From positions 1-39,690 of the forward strand of contig QPMI01000486.1 in the NCBI GenBank assembly GCA_004431415.1: a stretch of 39,690 nt of DNA, given 5' to 3'. Made by a program: the position numbers and the translations under genes. The notes below the pieces were generated by a model. It did not search any database. It saw only the letters and a list, made by a program, of their open reading frames with translations, and was not told the DNA's origin. The stretch's first letter is position 1, and every line of letters begins with the position of its first letter. Shown here piece by piece: positions 23,398 to 32,785 of the stretch. The stretch comes from Cyanophora paradoxa CCMP329 (lineage: Eukaryota > Plantae > Glaucophyta).

Positions 23398-23655
23398 TTA
23401 ACAGAGATATTTCGATTTGCGACCACGGTTAGAATACGGGACACCATAGAGATACTTCACAAAGCAGACTGCATTGGAAGCATAGAGACGCTGGGAACTC
23501 TCAACGATTCTCATGGCTCTGTAACACTCATCAGTATGATATAAATCACGCATTTGCTTCGCGAATTTCGCATTATACTTTTTTAAATATTCCTGACCTT
23601 TTTCAGTTTTACGATAACGGTAAGTAGCACGCTTCTGAGCCTCACTGATTGGCAT
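23398..23655 (-). CDS. Small basic helical protein, probably DNA-binding
   Basis: MPISEAQKRATYRYRKTEKGQEY; preceded by AAAATTTGAC...CTACTTAAAGA. Confidence 0.65.
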   Translation of the reverse strand: MPISEAQKRATYRYRKTEKGQEYLKKYNAKFAKQMRDLYHTDECYRAMRIVESSQRLYASNAVCFVKYLYGVPYSNRGRKSKYLC

Positions 23656-24006
23656 TTTGTCCCTTTCTACTCTCTTAATATATGTTAAGAAATCTTTAAG
23701 TAGTTTTTCTGTCTGTATATAGCGATTAAACTCCTGTCAAATTTTGGTCCCGATTGCAGAGCATCCAGTACGAAAGAAGATGCTGGAAAAATGATAAAGC
23801 CACCGATACCCAAAAGGTTCACTTGTCGGCTGCAAGTTTCTACCACTGAACCCAGTAGAACAGGTGATTAAAGTGATTTACCTATGGATATTTCACTTCG
23901 CTCTACAACGCCTTCCATAAAAATGAAAAAGTGTTTGAGCCTACGGGATAAGATTGGTTACGTAGCGCTAACAATGTTCAAGATTTTTTAAATTCGGAAA
24001 TGATCC

Positions 24007-24753
24007 TTAACGGCGATATCCAGGTCTTATACCAAGCTTGGCGAATCCAGAGATCATTGGGGCAGCATTTGGAATCGAGTTGACTGGATCAGCCTGCGAA
24101 GTGGCAACCCGAAGGATTGATTTATTCAGGACCGGCAAATCCGTTTTGTTGGAGTCTTGATAATCAATTGTCTTCGCAATCAGTTCTGCTGGTGATTCTT
24201 TCACGACATGAACAGGTTCAGGGATGACTTCATGGGTTACCTCTGGTTTCTTCTCCACCTTCTCCTTTGTGATTGGCTGTTCCTTGATCTTGTTTTCGTT
24301 TTTGGTCTCTGCTGCAATACCATCAACAAGACTCTTCGCATACTGATATGTCACAGATTTCAGTCCGCCAGTGGTTGATCGAATAAAGTAGCGGTTGCGA
24401 TGGTCTTTCTCGGAATAGGTTGAGTAGAGTCGCTCACCACCATCAAGCAGTTTCAGCAGTGTCGATGATGAGGCAACCTTGTCCTTTGTGGATGATTTGA
24501 ACTGCCCTTTCTTGATTCCTCGTTTTGCTCCGGGCATGCGGTTCAGTGGGACTTGGTCAACCAGGGCATTATCATCATTTGAGTTTGAAGTAAGCGCAAT
24601 TGTGTGAGCATTCATGGTCTGGTGAACATTTTTATCGAGATCACCAGTTCCGTATGCTGCGGTTCCTTTCGATTTCTTAAACTGTTTCCGTTCTGGTTCT
24701 GCTTGCTCAACTGGTTTGGCTAAGAAATTCTTTGGCTGAGTCTTGCGAGCCAT
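24007..24753 (-). CDS. Hypothetical basic protein (possible virion core protein)
   Basis: Intact 248-aa ORF immediately downstream of the penton gene. Confidence 0.7.
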   Translation of the reverse strand: MARKTQPKNFLAKPVEQAEPERKQFKKSKGTAAYGTGDLDKNVHQTMNAHTIALTSNSNDDNALVDQVPLNRMPGAKRGIKKGQFKSSTKDKVASSSTLLKLLDGGERLYSTYSEKDHRNRYFIRSTTGGLKSVTYQYAKSLVDGIAAETKNENKIKEQPITKEKVEKKPEVTHEVIPEPVHVVKESPAELIAKTIDYQDSNKTDLPVLNKSILRVATSQADPVNSIPNAAPMISGFAKLGIRPGYRR

Positions 24754-24789
24754 TTGTAATATCGAGACAAATTTATTCTACAGTATTTC

Positions 24790-25689
24790 CTATGACCGTG
24801 AGAACGGCAGGTAGAGTCCCTCCAACTCTTTTATGACATTCTTCAATGCTTTCTTTGTCAGATCTTTATCATCTTCAGTAATCAGTTCGAGAGTCATCGA
24901 CCAATCTGTAGTAATATCGGTTTCAACACCATTCCAGTATGTGAGACGAACTTTTAGCGTTTCAACTTCCACCAAACCATTTTGCTCATGCAAGATCATG
25001 GAATTATTCGATGAATCGTATTTTAGTAGACTGCCTACCGTTTGGTCAATCTCAATTTTCGCAAGGGCTTTATCATCGCTGGTGTTCTTGCTTACATAGT
25101 TGCCTTTGAGTGGGTCAACATGAAGAAGGATGTAAGAGTTGAACAGAAGATCAAGCGGTATAACACTGTCAATGTAGTAATTATAAGTATTTGCTCCAAC
25201 TGTTACTGGCGAATCGAGCAGGGCAGAAGCATAACCATTTTCAGAACTGTCAGGTCTGCGATCTGGGAAACCAAGGAAGTTCGCTAAAATCCGACTTCCA
25301 AAGGTGAGGGTAAATGTTGCATCGCACATGAACCTTAGCAACATGGTAACAGGATCATAGGTTACATGAAAATGGCGAGTGTAGGTAGTTCCTGCTGCAC
25401 CATATACCTGTGAAGCAAGTTTGGCATTTAGGAGATTAACCAAACTATCAGAGGTATATGTCCCTTTCGAAATAGTGTTATTCTTAGTTTTAATTACATC
25501 CCCAGCATCATAGGTTCCTGTAATCAAACTTCCATTCTCGCTGAGATTGTAAATGTTATTGAACATCTCGAAGTTGGTCACTCTGCAGGCTCTCACATTT
25601 TGGATTGCATGGGGAATTTTGTATGTGAAGTTCGTTGGGGTTCCATCATCCCGATCCCGAGAATCAATATTAAGGTAATGACGCGTCAT
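24790..25689 (-). CDS. Minor capsid protein (penton) of element C
   Basis: YLNIDSRDRDDGTPTNFTYKIP...NV...FNNIYN, GTYT, FLGF, LAKIEI, LKVRLTYWNG...WSMTLEL; adjacent to the MCP. Confidence 0.8.
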   Translation of the reverse strand: MTRHYLNIDSRDRDDGTPTNFTYKIPHAIQNVRACRVTNFEMFNNIYNLSENGSLITGTYDAGDVIKTKNNTISKGTYTSDSLVNLLNAKLASQVYGAAGTTYTRHFHVTYDPVTMLLRFMCDATFTLTFGSRILANFLGFPDRRPDSSENGYASALLDSPVTVGANTYNYYIDSVIPLDLLFNSYILLHVDPLKGNYVSKNTSDDKALAKIEIDQTVGSLLKYDSSNNSMILHEQNGLVEVETLKVRLTYWNGVETDITTDWSMTLELITEDDKDLTKKALKNVIKELEGLYLPFSRS

Positions 25690-25741
25690 TCTGTCTAATA
25701 AAGCATTTTAAAAATTTCTTTTGGTATTTTAAACATAAGAG

Positions 25742-26967
25742 ATGGCACTCACTGCAACTACCCTTAAGGAACTCCTCGTAACTCCCGGTTCCGATCAAAT
25801 TTATCTATCCCCTGGTCTCCAAATTGGAACCAACCCAAGTACAAACCATTCCTCGAGCAAGTTCGTCCCCGAGGCAATACTTTTGGCTTTAAGAATACCG
25901 CTTACTTTGATCTACCTCGCAAGCAACTCCTTGCTGGTGTTTCCCTCTATTTCAAGATTGCCACTGGTGGTGAGGTAGCCTGCACCCTCCCCAATGGTGG
26001 TTCCTCCTTCATTAATGAGGTCCGCTTCGTTCATGGTGGTTTCAAGTATATCATCCCTGGTGATTGGATCACTGTAAACGCCCTGGTCGATAATGATCAC
26101 GCTACTATGGGCAGTATGTTTGCTTCTCTCGGTTACTTCAAAGAGACAGATCGTGAAAGCACAGATGAGGCTATGGAATACATTGTCAAAATCCCCGCTG
26201 CTTTCTGGGACGATGCCTACTTCCCACTATGCACACTGGCAGATATGCCAACGATTGAGGTGGATTTCCGTGATGCTGCGATTGTCCAAGTTCCTGCCGG
26301 TGGATCTGTTACCTTTGCGGATTGCTCTCTGATCTGCCAATTCGTTAACATCGCTTCGGCTGAGGCTGAGACACTCTTGAAGATGGCGAACGAACAAGGT
26401 GGCATTCGCATCCCAATCACAGAGGTCATTCACAAGAAGACCCGAGCGCTCAAAACCGCTGATGCTGGTGAATCGGTTGAGGTTACACTCGCTAATGTTT
26501 CCGGTCTGGTTCACTCGATTCTGATGACTGTTCGAGAGGTGAACAAACTTAACACCTACACTCACTCAGATTTCTGTGGTCATGAATCTGCTGTTAAAAT
26601 TGATCAGTTCCAGATCTTCCACAACAATCGCTCCCTTGATATCTCCAACAAACCCATTTCCGGTTTCCTCTCGGCAATGAATCACATTCCATCCCATTAT
26701 AAGGGTGTTTCAGTTGGCAATACCACCTACGGATTCGAGTCTGGAAACGTTTACGGGATTGTTCTTTCCAAGTCCGGAAAAGATTCGCTCCACAATTCGG
26801 TTATGGGTTACCAGGATTTCTTCAACAGCAGTTCGAGCTACATGGATCTCACTGTTTCGGGATGCACTGATGCGGCTCCTGTTCAGGTTGACATCTATGC
26901 CCTACGACACAATGTTATGGTCCTCAATGGCTACAACATCTCTACCCTGAAAGTCTCGAACTTTTAA
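25742..26967 (+). CDS. Major capsid protein (putative double jelly-roll) of element C, frameshifted near the 5' end, about 400 aa
   Basis: MALTATTLKELL..., YFDLPRKQLLAGVSL, FPLCTLADMPTIEVDF, SGLVHSIL, IYALRHNVMVLNG. Lies between penton and ATPase; colinear similarity to 33830-35274. Confidence 0.8.
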
Positions 26968-27046
26968 AGTTCTTTTCTTTCGTTAGAGTAGGAAGCGCAA
27001 AATTAGTAGGTAAGGGGTTTATTTTGTTTTTTATCTTATTACTGTA

Positions 27047-27814
27047 ATGGATAACACAGGAATGGATATTGATTTGAATGACATCCCAGAGTTTGAGCCT
27101 GCAAGAACAGTTAAATTAAGCACGCGTTTTTTATTATGTGGGCGCAGCAATTCTGGTAAGACAACTTACTGCAAATATCTACTTTATGAACTGAGGGATA
27201 AGATCGATCAGATTGTAGTCTTTAGTTCTACTGCGTTTACTGGTCAATTCAGAGATATAACGCATCCTGATAATATCTATGAGGAATGGGACGATAATGT
27301 AGTAGTGAAACTCATTAGCATGCAAAAGAAACGAATTGAGAATAATGAGAAGCGTAATAATTTGGTTATAATCTTAGACGATATGATAGGTTCTTCTTTG
27401 GATATGCATAATTCAGCTGTCCTTTCTAAATTGATTACGACAGCCCGTCATTATTCGATTACAGTAATTATTAATACTCAACGTTTATGCTCTATTTCTA
27501 CTACCATTCGTCGAAATGTTGAGTTCGTAGTATTTTTCAATATTCTTGGGAACGAAAAAGAGTTCAATTGCGCCTTTGATGAGTATAATGGGGGTCTCGA
27601 TAAGAAGACTTACAAGGAACTTCATAGACTATGGGGTTACAATTACCAAACTGTCATAACTGGATTGCAAGGGTATGATATAAAAATATATACTGATCGG
27701 GCAATACTAACAGACGATGATATGAAGGGCTTTAAGAAGTTTGTTAAGAGACGAGCGATAAAAAAGAGAGAATCAATAAGAATTAGTAATGAACCCACGA
27801 CGATAACAGTTTAG
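27047..27814 (+). CDS. A32-like (FtsK/HerA family) genome packaging ATPase
   Basis: GRSNSGKT, LVIILDDM, ARHYSITVIINTQ, IRRN. Confidence 0.92.
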   Translation: MDNTGMDIDLNDIPEFEPARTVKLSTRFLLCGRSNSGKTTYCKYLLYELRDKIDQIVVFSSTAFTGQFRDITHPDNIYEEWDDNVVVKLISMQKKRIENNEKRNNLVIILDDMIGSSLDMHNSAVLSKLITTARHYSITVIINTQRLCSISTTIRRNVEFVVFFNILGNEKEFNCAFDEYNGGLDKKTYKELHRLWGYNYQTVITGLQGYDIKIYTDRAILTDDDMKGFKKFVKRRAIKKRESIRISNEPTTITV

Positions 27815-28278
27815 ACAACAACGAATGTATTAAGTCCATTTTGGATTATAAACGGGTAATCTAAATCTTTACGGCATGCCGGACATTTCTTATTTGTATT
27901 CATGCTCATTTCCGCCCAACATTTGTAACAAACGGAAGCATTACATGTATCACATCTTATCCCATTTTCCTTATCATCGAGACAAACATTACAATTGTAT
28001 GGGTGGCTAAGAAAATCTCTTACATGGTTCTCTTTGAATTCAGGAGAAACTATGAAATCTTCATTTTTGATAACAACCACAGCATTTTTTATGTAACCCT
28101 GAATTCGGAAACATGGTGCCGTGTCTTTTTTCAATTGAGCAATATAAACCATCTCTGGTGTTTTCACTGCTAACTGTGCAATCATAATATATCCTCTTTC
28201 GAAACTTTTCGCAAATACATGTGAAACATCCTTATAGGTTATGTTGTTTTGCTTGAAAAAGTTAAGGTATTGTTCCAT
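27811..28278 (-). CDS. RING-finger protein (putative E3 ligase)
   Basis: CNVC...CDTCNASVCYKC...CPACR. Confidence 0.8.
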   Translation of the reverse strand: MEQYLNFFKQNNITYKDVSHVFAKSFERGYIMIAQLAVKTPEMVYIAQLKKDTAPCFRIQGYIKNAVVVIKNEDFIVSPEFKENHVRDFLSHPYNCNVCLDDKENGIRCDTCNASVCYKCWAEMSMNTNKKCPACRKDLDYPFIIQNGLNTFVVV

Positions 28279-28375
28279 GGTTACAAAGTTATAAACTCTT
28301 AAAAAAGAGCGTCATTTTTTGCATCGGGACAAAAATTGACAGAGTTTAAAAGGAATTTGAGAGGTAGTAATAACG

Positions 28376-28834
28376 ATGGGGTGGGAAACGACGGAAACAT
28401 ATGAAGATTGTGGATGCTGCACAGTTCGAAGATCCCATGACTTTTTCAGCTATGAATCTCAAAGATATACTGTCTATTGTGAGAAACACCGGGAGGAACA
28501 GAATTTAGAGAGAGCCAAAGAAGAAGAAAACAGAGAAGAAGATGAGGGAAATTCGAGGATATTAAACCACATAGATTGCGAAAAACGATTAGACGAATTG
28601 AAAATAAAACGAAAGGAAATAGAAGAGGAATTTAAAAATCGTTCGAGTGGTTTAACTGTTACTCTGGTTCCGAGAAAGTATTTAACATGGAATGAAAAAC
28701 ATATGATGTGTAGAAACCCGTGGAAAGATTTGGTGAATTACACAAAAGAGAAAGGAAGATATTATGTATGTCAACAGCGCGTTAATCTCTTCCGTGAAAT
28801 GGGTATTATGTCATCTTACAACTCATGGGTGTAA
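28376..28834 (+). CDS. Hypothetical protein with N-terminal Cys/His cluster and coiled coil
   Basis: Intact 152-aa ORF (DCGCC...CEKH); AAAATTGA at 28332-28339 upstream. Confidence 0.65.
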   Translation: MGWETTETYEDCGCCTVRRSHDFFSYESQRYTVYCEKHREEQNLERAKEEENREEDEGNSRILNHIDCEKRLDELKIKRKEIEEEFKNRSSGLTVTLVPRKYLTWNEKHMMCRNPWKDLVNYTKEKGRYYVCQQRVNLFREMGIMSSYNSWV

Positions 28835-29166
28835 TGTGAATCAATCGGAAAATTTAAAGTGTAACGGGTGTTAGTTATGGTTTGTTGTTTTTTATGGATT
28901 CAATCGAGAAATATGGGTATATTGGGTGTATCATCGGGAATCTCTCGTTGTTACTGAATGTCGTAAATAAAATGCGGTAAAATTTGGGTGTAATGCATAT
29001 AACTTCGATTGATTAGATTTTAGATATAACTTCGATTAAATAAAATAGATTGTGACTGAGGCTTACTGAGATTTACTGAGATTGGGGATTGGGTTACTGG
29101 GAATCATGCGGATATTGCTTGAAGGGGCAAATTATATTGGGGTAATTTTTGGGTGTAATGCTCACA
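28826..29166. repeat. Right terminal region of element C with repeated TGGGTGTA(A)T motifs
   Basis: Copies at about 28826, 28923, 28985 and 29150; terminus ...TTGGGTGTAATGCTCACA. Confidence 0.75.
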
Positions 29167-29902
29167 GCTCAGCTTTTGTAGCTTCCTTTGGTTTATCGAC
29201 CGCAAAGGCTGACATGGTGTCTACTTCCACCCACTTGGTGGGGCGATCGAAACATTGCACCAGGAAAAAGCCATCGTGCATGCCCTCTTTTTCGCAATCA
29301 ATGAACTTAGTGAACACCACATTCTTATCGACATCGTGCTTTGATTTGCTTTGAGCGTCCAAAGCTTCGCCTTTGCAGCAACGGAGGCAGATCAGGTTTT
29401 GAGTTGTTCCATAAACGCCACTATCGAACTCGACATTTTTGATGAGACCCATCGCTTTAAAAAGCTTTGGAATGTCTTCGTGGCGGCAGACCAGATCGGT
29501 AAATACGAAATGCCCGGAAATCTTGAACTTAGTGACATTCTCTTTGATTAAATGAACCCGGCGATGGCGAACAGCAACCGCAATTGTAGATCCCGACAGG
29601 GTTTGCAATTTCTTGCGCATTTCCCTGATGATCTCTTCGGCTTCCTTATAGTTGTCGGCTACATCAGGTTTCAGATCAACGAACTTGTCCAGATCCAGAT
29701 AAACACGAGTCACTTGATCAGGTTGTATGCATTCCGCCCATGTAGGATAGGTCATATTGTCCCGTTTCTTTGAGTTATTGATGCGCTCAATAATTTCATC
29801 ATCGGTTAACTCAACCAAATTAGACGTATTGCGAGAACCAGTCAGACATTTCAGAAAGGTGCCCTTGACATTAGAGAATGCGAATTTCGTGATAGCGTCC
29901 AT
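29167..29902 (-). pseudogene. 5' part of primase-helicase: archaeo-eukaryotic primase (AEP/PrimPol-like) domain, truncated by element C
   Basis: RVYLDLD (DxD), KISGHFVF (SxH), FDSGVY. Its stop codon (29162-29164) is supplied by the end of element C. Confidence 0.85.
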
Positions 29903-29912
29903 CTTCTCTGTT

Positions 29913-29937
29913 TTACTCTAAGCGGAGAAAATATTTT
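29913..29937 (-). promoter_or_regulatory. Conserved 25-bp upstream motif, copy 2 (primase-helicase gene)
   Basis: ttactctaagcggagaaaatatttt on the + strand. Confidence 0.7.
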
Positions 29938-30048
29938 TCAGGTTGTTCATTTTTTGCGCATTATCCTTAAATCCCTTTACAGTTTTTTCCCGATGATAAA
30001 ATCGATTAGCATCGGGGCAATCGATAGTATGGTAAGGAGCTTCCCGAT

Positions 30049-30342
30049 TTACATCGGAAAGCCGCACGAAAAATAAGGAATGCGCTCAGCGGCAATCGAG
30101 AGTTTGCGTTTTCTAATACTTACGGGGCGCCCCCGCTTTCCCATATGGCTTCCCTCCTCGGCTTTGCGACGATAATACGATTCCAAAGCCATCTTCTTCT
30201 TGAATTCGCGATATTCGGGATCCTCGTTATACCGATTCCGCATTTTGATGATTTCACGGATCCGATAATTAAGTCCGTCGCCTTTCTTCATGTCCTCAGT
30301 GACAAGCTTTGCCTCAATATTTACAGCAGCGATGGTGGTCAT
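30049..30342 (-). CDS. Small basic protein with AT-hook-like KRGRP
   Basis: RYNEDPEYREFKKKMALESYYRRK...KRGRPV; preceded by the conserved motif. Confidence 0.65.
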   Translation of the reverse strand: MTTIAAVNIEAKLVTEDMKKGDGLNYRIREIIKMRNRYNEDPEYREFKKKMALESYYRRKAEEGSHMGKRGRPVSIRKRKLSIAAERIPYFSCGFPM

Positions 30343-30353
30343 CTTTTCGTTCC

Positions 30354-30378
30354 TTACTATAAGCGGAGAAAATATTTT
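30354..30378 (-). promoter_or_regulatory. Conserved 25-bp upstream motif, copy 3
   Basis: ttactataagcggagaaaatatttt on the + strand. Confidence 0.7.
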
Positions 30379-30560
30379 ATCAGTCGTATTTCCTATTTCT
30401 TCTTTAAATCATTTTCTGAGCTGTCATTTTTTGTGATCGAAGCGAGTTCTTCTCTACGTTTTTTAATAGCGACTTCCAATGCGTATTGCGCGCGTTTCCT
30501 GTATAGGATCGCGTAGAGATCGGGGTCGGGCATTCGATACTATTTAACGCGAAAATAGTT

Positions 30561-30908
30561 TCAGCGATCGTATTCGCCCAAATAAAGCGGATTTATTGGC
30601 GGATACGGGGAATCAACGCGAAAATGACCTTCCACGGAATTAGGGCACGAGCGGCGTCTTATATAGGATACTTGCACGTCTTCTATTGCTGTCTGTGGGA
30701 CTATATTGGAGTTCGCAGGCACAGGCGAGGGCGATCGAGATCGGGGACGATCGTGATTATCGCTGTGGTTGGAATATACAGATGATCGCCTACCTCCATT
30801 ATCCTCGTCCGAAATGTCAAACTCTACGGTTGTGTCGCAGCATCCGGACTTACAGTGAGATATGAAATGCAGGTGAAACATCTCAATGCATTGTGTGATG
30901 AAATTCAT
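30561..30908 (-). CDS. Hypothetical protein with Cys cluster and Ser/Arg-rich tail
   Basis: First ATG in ORF 30561-31043 gives MNFITQCIEMFHLHFISHCKSGCCDTTVEFD; start uncertain. Confidence 0.4.
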   Translation of the reverse strand: MNFITQCIEMFHLHFISHCKSGCCDTTVEFDISDEDNGGRRSSVYSNHSDNHDRPRSRSPSPVPANSNIVPQTAIEDVQVSYIRRRSCPNSVEGHFRVDSPYPPINPLYLGEYDR

Positions 30909-31108
30909 CGACCCTAATATTGCACAACGTATTAAATATTGGAGAAAAGAAAAGGGAATGAGGGTGTTACTTGCTCGCCTGTTCCCATACGAATTAGTCG
31001 ACCTTATAATGGTGTTTGTGGAGCCGACCTGTCCCTTTTGCAAGGGAATTCATATTAAGACCCGCTCTAAATACGGGCGGATTCATTTATGTTTGAACGA
31101 CTTGCACA

Positions 31109-31780
31109 TTAGAAGCGACGACGCCCACCGAACATAGATGACAGATTGGCACCCGGCTGTGCATGCACACCCGATGGGTTAACGAAACCGCCCGGCTTTG
31201 GTGCATTTTCAGCTATGACTGTCTCTTTTCTTTCGACTGTCTGAACATCGGGAACAGTTGCCCGCTTCTTTTCCATCTCCACTCGAACAGCTTGCTTAAT
31301 TAATTTGCGCTGTTTATAGTCCTTAGTGAAATCATCAAAGGCTCTCACAGTAGTGTCGTAGGTAGCTAAACGCGCTTCCAGAGCCCTAAACTTCTCCTCT
31401 AATTCCTGACCGACTTTCTCGCCCTTGGTCACATAGACAGATGCCCGCTTTTTAGGGGCTTCCATCGATGCAGGTAAAGCGGCTGTTGCTTCGGCTTTTA
31501 CCACCTTATTATCGGTTAGCTTTTCGCCTGTGAGCTGTGATTCGGCGAGGGATTGATCCGCCAGCTTTCTATCAGTGGAATCGACCGGCTCCCGCTTAGC
31601 ATCCACCTTTTGAGCACGCTCTGAAACCTTTGTATTCGGGTCAATCAGATCGAAATCTATTTGGTCAGAAGCGGCAGCACCGCCAGTGCGACCGGCATCC
31701 TCCGCAGGATTAATCTTGCCAGCGACAACAGCGCTTTGATCTTCCATTTGGATAGCTTTCCGCGAGTTCTTGGGTGGCAT
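31109..31780 (-). CDS. Hypothetical protein with coiled coil (possible virion core protein)
   Basis: Intact 223-aa ORF immediately downstream of the ATPase, preceded by AAATTTCTC. Confidence 0.7.
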   Translation of the reverse strand: MPPKNSRKAIQMEDQSAVVAGKINPAEDAGRTGGAAASDQIDFDLIDPNTKVSERAQKVDAKREPVDSTDRKLADQSLAESQLTGEKLTDNKVVKAEATAALPASMEAPKKRASVYVTKGEKVGQELEEKFRALEARLATYDTTVRAFDDFTKDYKQRKLIKQAVRVEMEKKRATVPDVQTVERKETVIAENAPKPGGFVNPSGVHAQPGANLSSMFGGRRRF

Positions 31781-31803
31781 TTATCATTATGCGAGAAATT
31801 TAT

Positions 31804-32727
31804 TCAAAATTTACCCAATTTCTTTGCAAATTTTGGGCGGCGCTTTTCTTGGTATGCCAGCAATAGATTGGGGTCTTTAAGTAGGTCGGCTTCGATTATT
31901 CTTTTGGTGGATCGCTTTAAGGTGGCGACGTTTCCACTCACAGGTTTCGTTATATCGGTGGTTTGGGGTTGGTCGCCATTTACCTCTGTGGAGCTCTGTT
32001 TTACCGGCTGTTTACCAGCGGGCTTTATCTCTTCCACCGCTTTTTTAAAGAACCGCTTGAATTTATATTCGTCAGGCACCGGATCAGCCTTGCCCACAGA
32101 GAATTCCAGGCTATATTTCGAGTTGTCAATGCAGATAACCTGATAGCTGTGACTGTATTCGTTCATCACCTTCTCAAACCAATGCTTTTCGTATGGATTA
32201 AACTCGTCCTCAGCACTCTCCATCTCTTTTCTGTTGGGCAGCGAGAATAGAAAGATATATTCGGAGTTAACCCTAAGTGTCGGCGAAATCTTAGTGAGTT
32301 TTTGTGACAGAATCCACACAGATATGAATAAATGGCGCCCCGACGTGAATAGCTGATTTAATATAGGTTCACCTCTTCCTGACATCGAAAGACTTGGATT
32401 GTCAATGAAATCATCGAGTATGATTAACAGGTTACCGACTTTCTCCTTTTTCTTGATTCGCTCCTTGCGTTTCTGTATTATATTGTCGATCAGCTTATGA
32501 TCGAAATCCTCATACAAATACGATGTGACATTGTCATATTGATGGTTCCAGATCGTGGAAGCGAATATCATCACCGAATCTATCTTGTCCTCGTTGTGGT
32601 AAAGCAGGTATTTTAAGAATACTGACTTACCTACTCCCGTTTTTCCGACAGCAAGTAAACGGCAAGGGAATGAAAGACTTGCCGGGTCGAATTCCGCAAG
32701 ATCTTCTATACTCACGTTTCCAGTCAT
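31804..32727 (-). CDS. A32-like genome packaging ATPase of element B
   Basis: GKTGVGKS, LLIILDDF, GRHLFISVWILSQ, LRVN. Confidence 0.92.
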   Translation of the reverse strand: MTGNVSIEDLAEFDPASLSFPCRLLAVGKTGVGKSVFLKYLLYHNEDKIDSVMIFASTIWNHQYDNVTSYLYEDFDHKLIDNIIQKRKERIKKKEKVGNLLIILDDFIDNPSLSMSGRGEPILNQLFTSGRHLFISVWILSQKLTKISPTLRVNSEYIFLFSLPNRKEMESAEDEFNPYEKHWFEKVMNEYSHSYQVICIDNSKYSLEFSVGKADPVPDEYKFKRFFKKAVEEIKPAGKQPVKQSSTEVNGDQPQTTDITKPVSGNVATLKRSTKRIIEADLLKDPNLLLAYQEKRRPKFAKKLGKF

Positions 32728-32785
32728 ATTTGCTTTCCCTTATAAGAAACAAAATAAAAATAAGATCTTTGTATTTAGAACGACA

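Larger units (their letters stand above)
17895..29166. mobile_element. Element C: complete 11,272-bp Polinton-like virus nested in B's primase-helicase gene
   Basis: Ends TGT (17895) and ACA (29166). GCATTACACCCAA is inverted at both ends. Flanks are gctt/gctc. Removal restores the interrupted ORF in frame. Carries integrase, polymerase-helicase, penton, MCP and ATPase. Confidence 0.9.

Noticed and set aside
28999-29037. loxP-like ATAACTTCG arms
   Set aside because: Only 9 bp match, in direct rather than inverted orientation, and there is no tyrosine recombinase in the window.
31109-31140. MFGG|RRRF as an adenoviral-type protease cleavage site
   Set aside because: A single 4-residue match, and no protease gene is visible in the window.
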